Origin: a virus
IMG/VR virus record: IMGVR_UViG_3300042886_000261
Coordinates: 32,001 to 96,000 of that record
Direction: 5' to 3' (one strand)
Length of the DNA: 64,000 bases
The notes beneath the pieces are model-generated. The model was not told where the DNA came from, did no database searches, and worked only from the letters and a program-made list of their open reading frames with translations. Made by a program: the position numbers and the translations under genes. Below, in pieces: positions 9,001-17,971 of the stretch (within the stretch, counting starts at the first letter, position 1; every line of letters starts with the position of its first letter).

Positions 9001-9176
9001 TGTATAAATTACCCAAATTAATACTAGGGTGTTGTGCCATAGTAGGAATTCTATTAGGTTATTTAGTAATTAATACATTTGTTATTTCTATTACTGCAAT
9101 TCAGTTTATTGTAGTTGAAGTAGTGATTAGTGTATTACATGCTACATATAATAGAGTAAAAGTAAAAATTATTTAA
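9000..9176 (+). CDS. 58-aa two-TM membrane protein (not in ORF track)
   Basis: MYKLPKLILGCCAIVGILLGYLVINTFVISITAIQFIVVEVVISVLHATYNRVKVKII*, TAATG-coupled. Confidence 0.6.
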   Translation: MYKLPKLILGCCAIVGILLGYLVINTFVISITAIQFIVVEVVISVLHATYNRVKVKII

Positions 9177-9185
9177 TTATTGTAT

Positions 9186-10190
9186 ATGGCACTTAAGCAA
9201 ACAGTTAATTCTAAGTGGGTTAGCCAAAAAGAAGGTTTTCAGGAATCATTACATTATTTAAAAGGCAGAATGGTAGGTGAGATTAAAAGTCTTAGAACAC
9301 CGTGGCCTAAGTTTAATGATGCAATGACTGATGGTATTGAATGGAATACTATGACTGTAATTGGAGGAAGACCTGCAAGTGGTAAAACTTTAATTGTTGA
9401 GCAGATAGTAAGGGAATCTTTTATTCTTAATCCCGCAGAAGATTTTAGAGTTTTACAGTTTCAATTTGAAATGTTAGCTAGGTCATCTGCAATTAGAGAG
9501 TATTCAAGTATTATTGGTAAGTCATATAAGTATTTATGTAGTGCAGATGGTCAATTATCAACTGAAGATCTACAAAAATGCTATGATTATGCAAAGCAAA
9601 AGATTAAGTATCCCATTGATATAGTAGAAAAACCATGTACAGTAGATGAATTTATCAGAACTATACATGAGTATATGTCACATCATTCTGAAGTAGATGA
9701 AGAAGGTAAAAGGAAATATAAAAAGACTTTAATTTCCCTAGATCACTCCCTACTTGTAAAAAAAGCACAAACTGAAAGAGATAAAAATGAAACTTTAAAT
9801 AACCTTGGTGAAGCATTAACAAATCTTAAAAGAGTTTACCCGATAGCATTCATTATATTAAGTCAATTAAACAGAAATATAGATAATCCTGAGAGATCAG
9901 AAGATGGAAAGTATGGTAATTATGTATTAGAATCAGATATATTTGGTGCTGATGCTTTACTACAACATGCAGATACTGTAATTGGTATCAATAGACCTGC
10001 TAAACAAAAAATCAGATTCTATGGTCCTGATAGATATATAATAGAAAATGATAGGGTAATGGTATTACACTTTCTTAAATGTAGAAATGGTGATACTAGA
10101 TTAAGTTTCTTTAAAGCTGAGTTTGAAAGAATGAGTATAGCAGAAATGAATACTCCAGCACAACAAGAAAAAAGAATTGGAACCAAATAA
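9186..10190 (+). CDS. dnaB: Replicative DNA helicase, DnaB family
   Basis: GGRPASGKT Walker A, FQFEM, LDH, LSQLNR, SDIFGADALLQHAD, KCRNG. Confidence 0.92.
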   Translation: MALKQTVNSKWVSQKEGFQESLHYLKGRMVGEIKSLRTPWPKFNDAMTDGIEWNTMTVIGGRPASGKTLIVEQIVRESFILNPAEDFRVLQFQFEMLARSSAIREYSSIIGKSYKYLCSADGQLSTEDLQKCYDYAKQKIKYPIDIVEKPCTVDEFIRTIHEYMSHHSEVDEEGKRKYKKTLISLDHSLLVKKAQTERDKNETLNNLGEALTNLKRVYPIAFIILSQLNRNIDNPERSEDGKYGNYVLESDIFGADALLQHADTVIGINRPAKQKIRFYGPDRYIIENDRVMVLHFLKCRNGDTRLSFFKAEFERMSIAEMNTPAQQEKRIGTK

Positions 10191-10197
10191 TTAATAT

Positions 10198-10749
10198 ATG
10201 GCATTAACAACAAAAGATAGCAGCAGTGCTAGTTTTAACAGAAAAGAAAAAACTGAAGAGATGGTGAAGTACCATCAAAAAGTATTTGACGCATTAGGTG
10301 TAAGTAGTCCACTATATATTCCTAAATGTGCTTATAGACCATATGGTAAAGATGATTTATATATGGGATTCTTTAAGAGTGAATTATCAAGAGGAGAAGA
10401 CATCTATACTGAATACGTAAGTATTACACTAGAGTCTGAAGACCCAACAAGAACACTGTATAAATGGAGTTATAATTCATTTTATGATGAGGAGTATGAA
10501 ACTACAGATCCTAATGCAAATGGGCATGTAAGATATCTGATTCCTGTATCTGAACTGACAGCAATTAAAACTGAAACTAAAACTGAAACTAAGAATACTG
10601 AAACGCAAGGGTTATTTCCTGATTTTGATGATTTAATGGATTCAGATTTAGATGCTCCTTTAAGCAGTTTAACTGTAAGGGATCTAGCTGCCATTCTATT
10701 ACAGAAGCCAGTAAGTAATAAAAAATGGTTAAATGATTTAATAAAATGA
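10198..10749 (+). CDS. Hypothetical replication-module protein
   Basis: 183 aa with an acidic linker and a short C-terminal domain. Confidence 0.7.
   Translation: MALTTKDSSSASFNRKEKTEEMVKYHQKVFDALGVSSPLYIPKCAYRPYGKDDLYMGFFKSELSRGEDIYTEYVSITLESEDPTRTLYKWSYNSFYDEEYETTDPNANGHVRYLIPVSELTAIKTETKTETKNTETQGLFPDFDDLMDSDLDAPLSSLTVRDLAAILLQKPVSNKKWLNDLIK
10566..10604 (+). repeat. 12-bp tandem repeat (TAAAACTGAAAC x2 plus a degenerate copy), encoding KTETKTETKNTET
   Basis: Visible directly in the sequence. Confidence 0.8.
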
Positions 10750-10753
10750 AAGT

Positions 10754-11482
10754 ATGAGTGAAGGATTAGTATTGCCCACTAAGAAAGTGAGTGCAACAAG
10801 AGTCAATCCAAAAAGATTAATTATTTATTCTAAGCCAAAGACAGGTAAAACTACTGCATTTGCTGGTCTAGAAGATAATTTAATTATTGATTTGGAGAAT
10901 GGGACTGATTATGTAGATGCATTAAAGGTTAAAGCAAGTAATCTTAAAGAGTTGCTAGCAATTGGTAAACAAGTAGTTGAAGCTGGTAAACCTTATAAGT
11001 TTATTACTATTGATACTGTAACTGCATTAGAAGAAATGGTAATGCCATTAGCTGTCAAAAAGTATAAAGCCACTAGTATGGGTAAAAACTTTGATGGAGA
11101 TAATGTAATTACTTTACCAAATGGAGCTGGTTATTTATATGTAAGAGAAGCATTCTTTGATGTTTTAAACTATGTAGACACATTAGCTGACCATATTATT
11201 CTATCTGGGCATATCAAAGATAAGCAAGTAGATGATAAAGGTGAAATGGTTATGTCTGCTAATATAGATTTAACTGGTAAGATCAAGTCTTTAATCTGTG
11301 CTAATGCTGATGCAATTGGTTATATGTTTAGAAAAGGTAATCAAGTATTCTTATCATTTAAAACTAATGAAGAGACAACTTGTGGTGCAAGACCTGAGCA
11401 TTTAAGAAATGCAGAAATAGTTATTAGTGAAGCTAATGACAAAGGAGAAATAGTTACTCACTGGGATGAGATATATAAATAA
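10754..11482 (+). CDS. Sak4-like/AAA_24 ATPase (recombinase/annealing protein)
   Basis: YSKPKTGKTT, IIDLENG, ITIDTVT, ADAIGY; lies next to SSB. Confidence 0.8.
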   Translation: MSEGLVLPTKKVSATRVNPKRLIIYSKPKTGKTTAFAGLEDNLIIDLENGTDYVDALKVKASNLKELLAIGKQVVEAGKPYKFITIDTVTALEEMVMPLAVKKYKATSMGKNFDGDNVITLPNGAGYLYVREAFFDVLNYVDTLADHIILSGHIKDKQVDDKGEMVMSANIDLTGKIKSLICANADAIGYMFRKGNQVFLSFKTNEETTCGARPEHLRNAEIVISEANDKGEIVTHWDEIYK

Positions 11483-11501
11483 TAAATAAAAAATAAGAAA
11501 A

Positions 11502-12182
11502 ATGGCAATTGGAACAAAAGATGTAGGAACAGGTGGAAGTGGAATACCAAAAACAATTACTCCAGGTAATCACAAATTAAAACTTAATAGTTTAGTAGGT
11601 GAAGATTTTAAATTTATCCCAGGTGGTATAAGTTTAATACTTAATGTTGAGACTGAGCCTCTTGAAGGATTTGAAGGATTCATGTTAGATAAAGAAAATC
11701 CAGATGCTGGTCATTATAAAGGTCAAATTGGTAGAGTAAAATCTGGTCAATATGCATTTGCAGATGGAGTAACTAAATCAGGTGTACAAATCTCTAGAGA
11801 TAATAGTATATTAGTATTTATTAAATCATTATGTACTACATTAGACATAGTAGATTGGTTTGATGCTCAAGATAATAAGCACAATACAATTGAAGAGTTT
11901 ATCACTGCATTTGATAAAACAGCACCTTATCAAGATAAGTATTTAGATTTCTGTATTGCAGGAAAAGAATATGAAGGTAAAACAGGTTATACAAATTATG
12001 ACTTATATTTGCCAAAATCTTCTAGAGATGGTTTTGCATATGCTAAACTTGGATCTGGTAAACAGTTACTATATTCTGAAGCTCTACATCTTAAAAAATT
12101 AGAAGCTAAGAAAGTAGAAGCATTTGGTGAAGATGATTTTGAGGTATCAACTAAGGTTGGCTCAGACTTTGATTTAGACTAA
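11502..12182 (+). CDS. Putative single-stranded DNA-binding protein
   Basis: Follows the Sak4-like gene, ITPGNH beta-rich start, acidic tail ...GSDFDLD. Confidence 0.6.
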   Translation: MAIGTKDVGTGGSGIPKTITPGNHKLKLNSLVGEDFKFIPGGISLILNVETEPLEGFEGFMLDKENPDAGHYKGQIGRVKSGQYAFADGVTKSGVQISRDNSILVFIKSLCTTLDIVDWFDAQDNKHNTIEEFITAFDKTAPYQDKYLDFCIAGKEYEGKTGYTNYDLYLPKSSRDGFAYAKLGSGKQLLYSEALHLKKLEAKKVEAFGEDDFEVSTKVGSDFDLD

Positions 12183-12191
12183 CAATAGTTT

Positions 12192-12222
12192 AAAGGGGAG
12201 TCAGGAAATGGGCTCCCTTTTT
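12192..12222 (+). terminator. Intrinsic terminator
   Basis: AAAGGGGAGTC-loop-GGCTCCCTTTTT hairpin plus U tract. Confidence 0.85.
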
Positions 12223-12239
12223 AATTAAAGTTAAAAGAT

Positions 12240-13226
12240 ATGATTTCAACTAAAAATGTGATTAGATTCCAGGATGTACCAACAATCTGGATTTTTGAGA
12301 ATTACTTAAATCTTACTGAAAAATTAGACGGACAGCAGATAAAAATTAAATCTGTATTTAAAACTGAAAAGACTCCATCAATGATTATTTATATGGATGC
12401 TGCAACAATGACATATAAGTTTAAAGATTTTTCATCAGGTTATGGAGGAGACTCTATAGCATTAGTACAATATATATTTGGTATTAAAGATAGAGGAGTG
12501 GTTTCTTATAAGATAGTTAATGACTATGTTAAATACTTAGATGATCATAAATCTTACAAAGCTCCTGAAATTAAAACTTATGAGAACTATAAAGTAACTG
12601 ATTATACTATTAGGCATTGGTCTAACTTTGATCAGAAATACTGGGGACAATATCATATTGGTTCTAAGATGCTAGAAATATATAATGTATCTGCATTAGA
12701 GTATTATAAGATGACCAGACTTGAACTTAATGGTACTACATCTGAAATTATTATTACAGGTTTAAATCTGTATGGTTATTTCAAAAAAGATGGCACATTG
12801 TATAAGATTTATCAGCCTAAGAATATGAATAAGAAATTCTTAAAGTTAGGTAATCATATACAAGGGTCACAACAACTATCACTTACAGTAGATTATTTAG
12901 TTATTACTTCTTCATTAAAAGATATAATGGCTTTTAATAAGCTTGGCTTTAAAGATATAGAGTGTATTGCTCCGGATAGTGAAAATACTATGATTAAAGA
13001 GCAAAACATAAATAAACTTAAAGAGAAATATAAAAAGATATGTGTACTATTTGATAATGATGAAGCAGGTATTAATTCTATGAAGAAATATAAAGAAAGA
13101 TATAATCTTGATTTTATTATTCTTGATATGGAGAAAGATGTATCAGATTCTATTAAAGTGCACGGTATTGAAAAAGTAAAAGAAGAAGTATTAAAATTAC
13201 TTAATGAAACATTATATGAAAGGTAA
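12240..13226 (+). CDS. DNA primase (Toprim)
   Basis: FKDFSSG.GGD, VITSSLKD, LFDND.AG, KD.SD. Confidence 0.85.
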   Translation: MISTKNVIRFQDVPTIWIFENYLNLTEKLDGQQIKIKSVFKTEKTPSMIIYMDAATMTYKFKDFSSGYGGDSIALVQYIFGIKDRGVVSYKIVNDYVKYLDDHKSYKAPEIKTYENYKVTDYTIRHWSNFDQKYWGQYHIGSKMLEIYNVSALEYYKMTRLELNGTTSEIIITGLNLYGYFKKDGTLYKIYQPKNMNKKFLKLGNHIQGSQQLSLTVDYLVITSSLKDIMAFNKLGFKDIECIAPDSENTMIKEQNINKLKEKYKKICVLFDNDEAGINSMKKYKERYNLDFIILDMEKDVSDSIKVHGIEKVKEEVLKLLNETLYER

Positions 13227-13449
13227 GATTAAAATAAATTATGAGTTTGATGAAAAGTCACCAGAAAAATTTACTACAAGTTTAAAGATACATGGAGTTA
13301 CTCCTGCACATCTTATACATGCAGTAGTATTATTAATAGAGACTATTGAGAAAGAAGGTGGTATCAATGTAAAAGAAACATTAACTGAGGTATTCTCAGG
13401 TAAATTTATACAAGAACGTAACAGTATTATACCACAGGGTGATGCTTAA
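13216..13449 (+). CDS. Hypothetical protein
   Basis: ORF packed in the operon. Confidence 0.55.
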   Translation: MKGKIKINYEFDEKSPEKFTTSLKIHGVTPAHLIHAVVLLIETIEKEGGINVKETLTEVFSGKFIQERNSIIPQGDA

Positions 13450-13460
13450 ATTTTAAAATT

Positions 13461-13880
13461 ATGAGTTGGATATACAAGGGTAAAATTTTTACTGAAGATA
13501 TGATTCCTGAAAATGCAATAGGTTTTATTTATAATATGACTGCAATAATAGACGGAAAATCAATTAGTTATATTGGTAAAAAGAATTTTTATGCAGATAT
13601 TAAAACAAAACTGAGTAAGAAGGCTATGCCAACTGATAAGAGATTAAAGACATATAAAAGAGTAAAGAAAGCTACTTATCAAAATTATTACAGTAGCAAT
13701 GAAGTACTGAAAAAAGCACACAAAGACAATATAAAAATTAAAAGAGATATACTAATGATATGTACTACTAAATTAGAATTGTCATACCAAGAAACTAAAC
13801 ATCAATTTGTATTAGGAGTACTTGAGTCTGATAAATATTTAAACGGTAATATACTGGGACGTTTCTATAAATTTAAATAA
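13461..13880 (+). CDS. GIY-YIG family endonuclease
   Basis: GFIY...YIGKK...Y.SS...E...YLN. Confidence 0.75.
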   Translation: MSWIYKGKIFTEDMIPENAIGFIYNMTAIIDGKSISYIGKKNFYADIKTKLSKKAMPTDKRLKTYKRVKKATYQNYYSSNEVLKKAHKDNIKIKRDILMICTTKLELSYQETKHQFVLGVLESDKYLNGNILGRFYKFK

Positions 13881-13904
13881 TATAAGTTTAAATAATAAAA
13901 AGTT

Positions 13905-14297
13905 ATGGATAAAAATAGTTTAGAAAAAATAATGTTTGGCTTAGTCAGTCATGGTATTAAAAAAGTTGTAGTACATTATGAAGGTGGTGGAGATAGTGGA
14001 GCAATTGAATATGTTAATGCTACTCAAGATCCATATATAGATTATGATGAATTAGAAAATTGGGATCAAGAATACTTATTAAATGATATTGATAGTGGAT
14101 TAAGTACTTTAATTGAAGATTACTGTCAAGAGATGTTATTAAATGATATAGAAGACTGGTGGAATAATGAAGGTGGCCGTGGTTATGTTCATATTGATGT
14201 AGAACTTGGTACATATACAATTAATAATAGTATCAGAATTGCTGATTGGGAAGAATATACTCATGAAGGTAGTTTAAAAGATAAAAATAAAAAATAA
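13905..14297 (+). CDS. DUF6878-like protein, copy 1
   Basis: GI..VVVHYEGGGDSGAIE...IED...DWWNNEGGRG. Confidence 0.7.
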   Translation: MDKNSLEKIMFGLVSHGIKKVVVHYEGGGDSGAIEYVNATQDPYIDYDELENWDQEYLLNDIDSGLSTLIEDYCQEMLLNDIEDWWNNEGGRGYVHIDVELGTYTINNSIRIADWEEYTHEGSLKDKNKK

Positions 14298-14302
14298 TAA
14301 CT

Positions 14303-14704
14303 ATGGAAGAATTAAAAATGACAAGCCTCTTACTTAAATTGGCTGACCGTGGTATTACAGGTATTAAAGTACAATATAATGGTGAAGGAGACTCAGGTGC
14401 TATAGACTGGATTGGTTATACAAATGAGCCTTGTGCAAGTACAGCAGATGTATTTAATAATATTGATGCTTGGGACAATAATAATAATGCTTTAGAAGAT
14501 AAAGAATTATATGACTCAATTGAAGATTTTGCACAATCTAAAATTCTTGATGATATAGAAGATTGGAGAACTGATGAAGGTGGTTTTGGTAACTTATGTA
14601 TACTTGTTCCTTCAGGAAATTATAGTATAAACAATTATATAAGAATCATTGAACTTGTAGCTTATCATCATGAAGGTAATTTAATTGATAAAAGTTTAGA
14701 ATAA
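14303..14704 (+). CDS. DUF6878-like protein, copy 2
   Basis: GI..IKVQYNGEGDSGAID...IEDF...DW..DEGGFG; clear paralog of the preceding ORF. Confidence 0.7.
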   Translation: MEELKMTSLLLKLADRGITGIKVQYNGEGDSGAIDWIGYTNEPCASTADVFNNIDAWDNNNNALEDKELYDSIEDFAQSKILDDIEDWRTDEGGFGNLCILVPSGNYSINNYIRIIELVAYHHEGNLIDKSLE

Positions 14705-15108
14705 TGAATAAAAAACAAGAAATAGAAAAAATGGAAATTGATACTGGATATCTTAATTATGAGTTTTCAAAAAAATTAAAAGATTTAGGCTATGACGGAA
14801 TGAGCCTTATGTTGTATATTAAAGATGCTCATGTTGGCTGGTATTCAAAATACATAACAAATGAAATTATTGACAAGTTAGAAAACACAACTGAAGAATC
14901 TTGTGTTGCGGCACTTAGACCTTTTGTATTTAATTGGTTTGATGAAAAAACAGATTGGTTAATTTCAATACAACAAGTTGGAAAAACAGAATTTGGATTT
15001 ACTATTTCTTTTGATAAAGAAAATGTAATAAAAAGTTTTTCCTATTCTAATAGAAAAATAGCTGAAGAAACTTGTTTAAAAGAACTTATTAAAAAATACA
15101 TTAAATAA
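14704..15108 (+). CDS. Hypothetical phage protein
   Basis: YE.SKKLK.LG...VF.WF...AEE.CLK.LI. Confidence 0.6.
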   Translation: MNKKQEIEKMEIDTGYLNYEFSKKLKDLGYDGMSLMLYIKDAHVGWYSKYITNEIIDKLENTTEESCVAALRPFVFNWFDEKTDWLISIQQVGKTEFGFTISFDKENVIKSFSYSNRKIAEETCLKELIKKYIK

Positions 15109-15109
15109 A

Positions 15110-15451
15110 ATGAGTCATCCTTTAGAGCATTGTAAGTCCTCAGTAAGAAAATGGGGTGGAGAATGGAGTGATTACATTGCAATTCATAATTGGTTTGATG
15201 AAACTAAAAAATGGATTGGGCATAGTAAACACAGAATGTTTAGACATCATAGTGAAGGTATATTTGAATGTGAAAAGATATTTGGAATGTCTTTTGTCAA
15301 CTCAGATGGTAAAACTGTATATACAAGATATGTTGGAGAACAACATGTAAAAGAGGATTGTAATAATTATATCCCAAGTGCTAAAGAATGGGTTCAGAAT
15401 TTAGATAAACCCACAGAATGGATGATTAAAACACTTAAAATAGAAGACTAA
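15110..15451 (+). CDS. DUF6915-like His-rich protein
   Basis: HPLEH..SS..KWGG...DY..IH.WFD..K...HR..RHH.EGIF..E..FG...EQHV.ED. Confidence 0.75.
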   Translation: MSHPLEHCKSSVRKWGGEWSDYIAIHNWFDETKKWIGHSKHRMFRHHSEGIFECEKIFGMSFVNSDGKTVYTRYVGEQHVKEDCNNYIPSAKEWVQNLDKPTEWMIKTLKIED

Positions 15452-15738
15452 TGGAAAAAATAACACATGAAACTTTACTAGAACATGATTGGAAATGTAC
15501 TGATATAGGAAATCAAAGGTATGAACATACTTTTTATCCAAATTTAACATTGTTTTTAAGCAAAGATTATGGTATTGATAATAACTATATGATACAAATA
15601 TTGGCAATAAGTTCTGATTTTGATACATTAAAACTTAATATAAATTGCATTACAATTAATGATTTAAGAGGACTTGAAGCTTTACTTCAAAAAGCAAGTG
15701 CTGTAGGTTTAATTAAAAGACTATTGATTAATTATTAA
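15451..15738 (+). CDS. Hypothetical protein
   Basis: Starts in repeat copy 1. Confidence 0.6.
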   Translation: MEKITHETLLEHDWKCTDIGNQRYEHTFYPNLTLFLSKDYGIDNNYMIQILAISSDFDTLKLNINCITINDLRGLEALLQKASAVGLIKRLLINY

Positions 15739-15749
15739 ATATAAGACTA

Positions 15750-16088
15750 ATGGAAGAAGTAGAAAAAACAATTAAAATAGAAAATGAGAAAATCAAAGTG
15801 GTTTTTACAAATGAGGTAAATTCTGATGAGCCAAGTTTAGAAGTAGAATTTATTTTTACAAGAAACAGTGAAGGTGAAAAAATAACTGAAGTGTCAATTG
15901 ATAAATCTATTTTTACTAGAGAGCAATCATTTATGAGTGAATTGTATATGAATACAGTTAATTCTTTATTAATGGTAAAAGAAATATTTGATAAAGGTGA
16001 AGTGTATGAAGGTGTACATACAATAACTAGAGAACAATACAAGCAGTATTTAATAAAAGTAAGAGGTGTTGATCCAACTAAATTATAA
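15750..16088 (+). CDS. Hypothetical protein
   Basis: Starts in repeat copy 2. Confidence 0.6.
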   Translation: MEEVEKTIKIENEKIKVVFTNEVNSDEPSLEVEFIFTRNSEGEKITEVSIDKSIFTREQSFMSELYMNTVNSLLMVKEIFDKGEVYEGVHTITREQYKQYLIKVRGVDPTKL

Positions 16089-16094
16089 AGACTA

Positions 16095-16268
16095 ATGGAA
16101 AAGATGAATAAAGAAGCAGAAACACAAGTAGTAAACTTGTTAAATCAATTAGAAGTACTAATTTCTAATAATATGGAATATGATGATGAAAACCCAGAAA
16201 CATGTCAAAAAACTGAAGTTTTAGGGTTATTAGGTTATATATCTGATGAACTTTTAGAAATAAACTAG
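16095..16268 (+). CDS. 57-aa hypothetical (not in ORF track)
   Basis: Starts in repeat copy 3: MEKMNKEAETQVVNLLNQLEV... Confidence 0.55.
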   Translation: MEKMNKEAETQVVNLLNQLEVLISNNMEYDDENPETCQKTEVLGLLGYISDELLEIN

Positions 16269-16272
16269 AATT

Positions 16273-16368
16273 ATGGAAATGCAATTATTTATAATAGATG
16301 GCTATAAAATCTGGGCATTTACATATGAAGATGCATATGCAAATTACTTAGTGATATCAAAATTATAA
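16273..16368 (+). CDS. 31-aa hypothetical (not in ORF track)
   Basis: MEMQLFIIDGYKIWAFTYEDAYANYLVISKL*, fills a gap. Confidence 0.5.
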   Translation: MEMQLFIIDGYKIWAFTYEDAYANYLVISKL

Positions 16369-16370
16369 AA

Positions 16371-16778
16371 ATGGAAAAAGTAGTACTGAATAGAGAAAGT
16401 GTTGAAAGTATATATGAAATGTATAATTCTCCTGATAAAGAGAATCATGTTGTTGCAAATGAAATACTAAATAATTGTGATATTGATGCATCTGAAGGAT
16501 GGTTAATTATATTTTATGGTATGAGTTTAAAAAGTGATGATTATTGGTTAGAAAATATGCCTAATGTTTTTGTTAGAGTCCGTGAATTAGGTATTCAAAG
16601 TGATCATAAGTTAAGTGCAGCACAACTTGTTAATGCTTTAATTGTTGCAAAAGTAGAACCTGGGATTATGGATTACTATTTAGAAATTCATGTTGAAGAT
16701 TTAAAAAGAGCAATGTCAAACTGGGGTTATCCAGTTAATAAATTAAATTACTCAATAACATTAAAAAATGAAGAGTAG
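16371..16778 (+). CDS. Hypothetical protein, paralogous to the C-terminal half of 19244..20497
   Basis: SIYEMYNSPDKENHVVANEILNN vs SLCEMFNSSDTDNHTMAMEIMAN. Confidence 0.7.
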   Translation: MEKVVLNRESVESIYEMYNSPDKENHVVANEILNNCDIDASEGWLIIFYGMSLKSDDYWLENMPNVFVRVRELGIQSDHKLSAAQLVNALIVAKVEPGIMDYYLEIHVEDLKRAMSNWGYPVNKLNYSITLKNEE

Positions 16779-17958
16779 AGAAGATAGTTTAGCAAAAACC
16801 AGTAAAGACTTGATGTTAAAAGAGCCCTATTATGGGTTCTTTTTAATCATGTTAAATAAAGTATGGAATAATAAAATAGTTCCTACTGCTGGTGTAAGTA
16901 AAAATAATATTAATTATCAACTTACAATTAATGAAGATTTCTGGACAAGTTTATCTGAGGATCATAGATTAGGTTTACTTAAGCATGAGTTACTTCATAT
17001 AGCTTTTGGTCATCTTACTATGTATTTTAAGTTTAGTGATAAAAAACTGGCTAATATAGCTATGGATATGGAGATTAATCAGTATATTTCAGATGAATTA
17101 CTACCAGAAGGTGGTATTAATATTGATGATTATCCTGATTTAAATCTTGATAGAAAAGCAGGTTGTAGATATTATTATGATAAACTACAACAGGCTAAAG
17201 AAGATAAAGACAAAAATGGCACAAGTGGTGATGATAATTTTGATAAGTTAGCTGATCAAATGGATGCTGGAGATGAAATGGCCAGTGATCATCCTACTTG
17301 GGCTGATTTTGAAGATATGACTGAAGCTGAGCAAAAGCTAATTGAGAAACAATTAAATAAAATTCTTAATGATGCTAAGGAGATGACTGAAAAGAAAAGA
17401 GGTAATATCCCTGGAGAAATTGAGGGTTTACTTGAAATGGAAGAAATTAAGCCTGCTAAATTTGATTGGAGAGGATATATCAGAAGATTTACTGGTGTAT
17501 CATCTAAAGTGTATACTAAAAAGATAAGGAGAAAAGAGAATAAAAGATATTCTGAGAATCCTGGTCTTAAGATTAAAATGAAACAACACATGTTGTTGGC
17601 TATTGATACTTCAGGATCAGTATGTGATCAAGAGTTACATGAATTTATGAATGAAATATTACACATCTATAAACAAGGTGTTGATATTACCATAGTACAA
17701 TGTGATACTGCTATCAAAAGCATAGAACCTTATAAAGGTAAAAATGAAATTGAGATATATGGAAGAGGTGGGACAGAATTTGATCCCGTCCTTGAATATT
17801 ATAATGAGAATATAAGAAAATATACTAGCTTAGTGTATTTTACTGACGGTGAGTGTTATACTAATGTAAAGCCAAAAGCTCCTATATTGTGGGTGCTGTC
17901 TGAGCAATCTTATATGAACACGGAACTTCCCGGAAAAGTTATTAAGTTAGAAATTTAA
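16768..17958 (+). CDS. DUF2201-type metallopeptidase plus VWA domain protein
   Basis: HELLH (HExxH) and N.A.D.EIN; MIDAS elements IDTSGS, GGT.F and FTDG. Confidence 0.88.
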   Translation: MKSREDSLAKTSKDLMLKEPYYGFFLIMLNKVWNNKIVPTAGVSKNNINYQLTINEDFWTSLSEDHRLGLLKHELLHIAFGHLTMYFKFSDKKLANIAMDMEINQYISDELLPEGGINIDDYPDLNLDRKAGCRYYYDKLQQAKEDKDKNGTSGDDNFDKLADQMDAGDEMASDHPTWADFEDMTEAEQKLIEKQLNKILNDAKEMTEKKRGNIPGEIEGLLEMEEIKPAKFDWRGYIRRFTGVSSKVYTKKIRRKENKRYSENPGLKIKMKQHMLLAIDTSGSVCDQELHEFMNEILHIYKQGVDITIVQCDTAIKSIEPYKGKNEIEIYGRGGTEFDPVLEYYNENIRKYTSLVYFTDGECYTNVKPKAPILWVLSEQSYMNTELPGKVIKLEI

Positions 17959-17971
17959 AAAATTAAAAAAG

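Larger units (their letters stand above)
15444..16100 (+). repeat. Three copies of AAGACTAATGGAA at consecutive gene starts
   Basis: Copies at 15444-15456, 15743-15755 and 16088-16100. Confidence 0.85.

Noticed and set aside
15444-16100. CRISPR-like array reading of the 13-bp repeats
   Set aside because: Repeats are too short, spacing is ~300-345 bp and coding, and no cas genes are present
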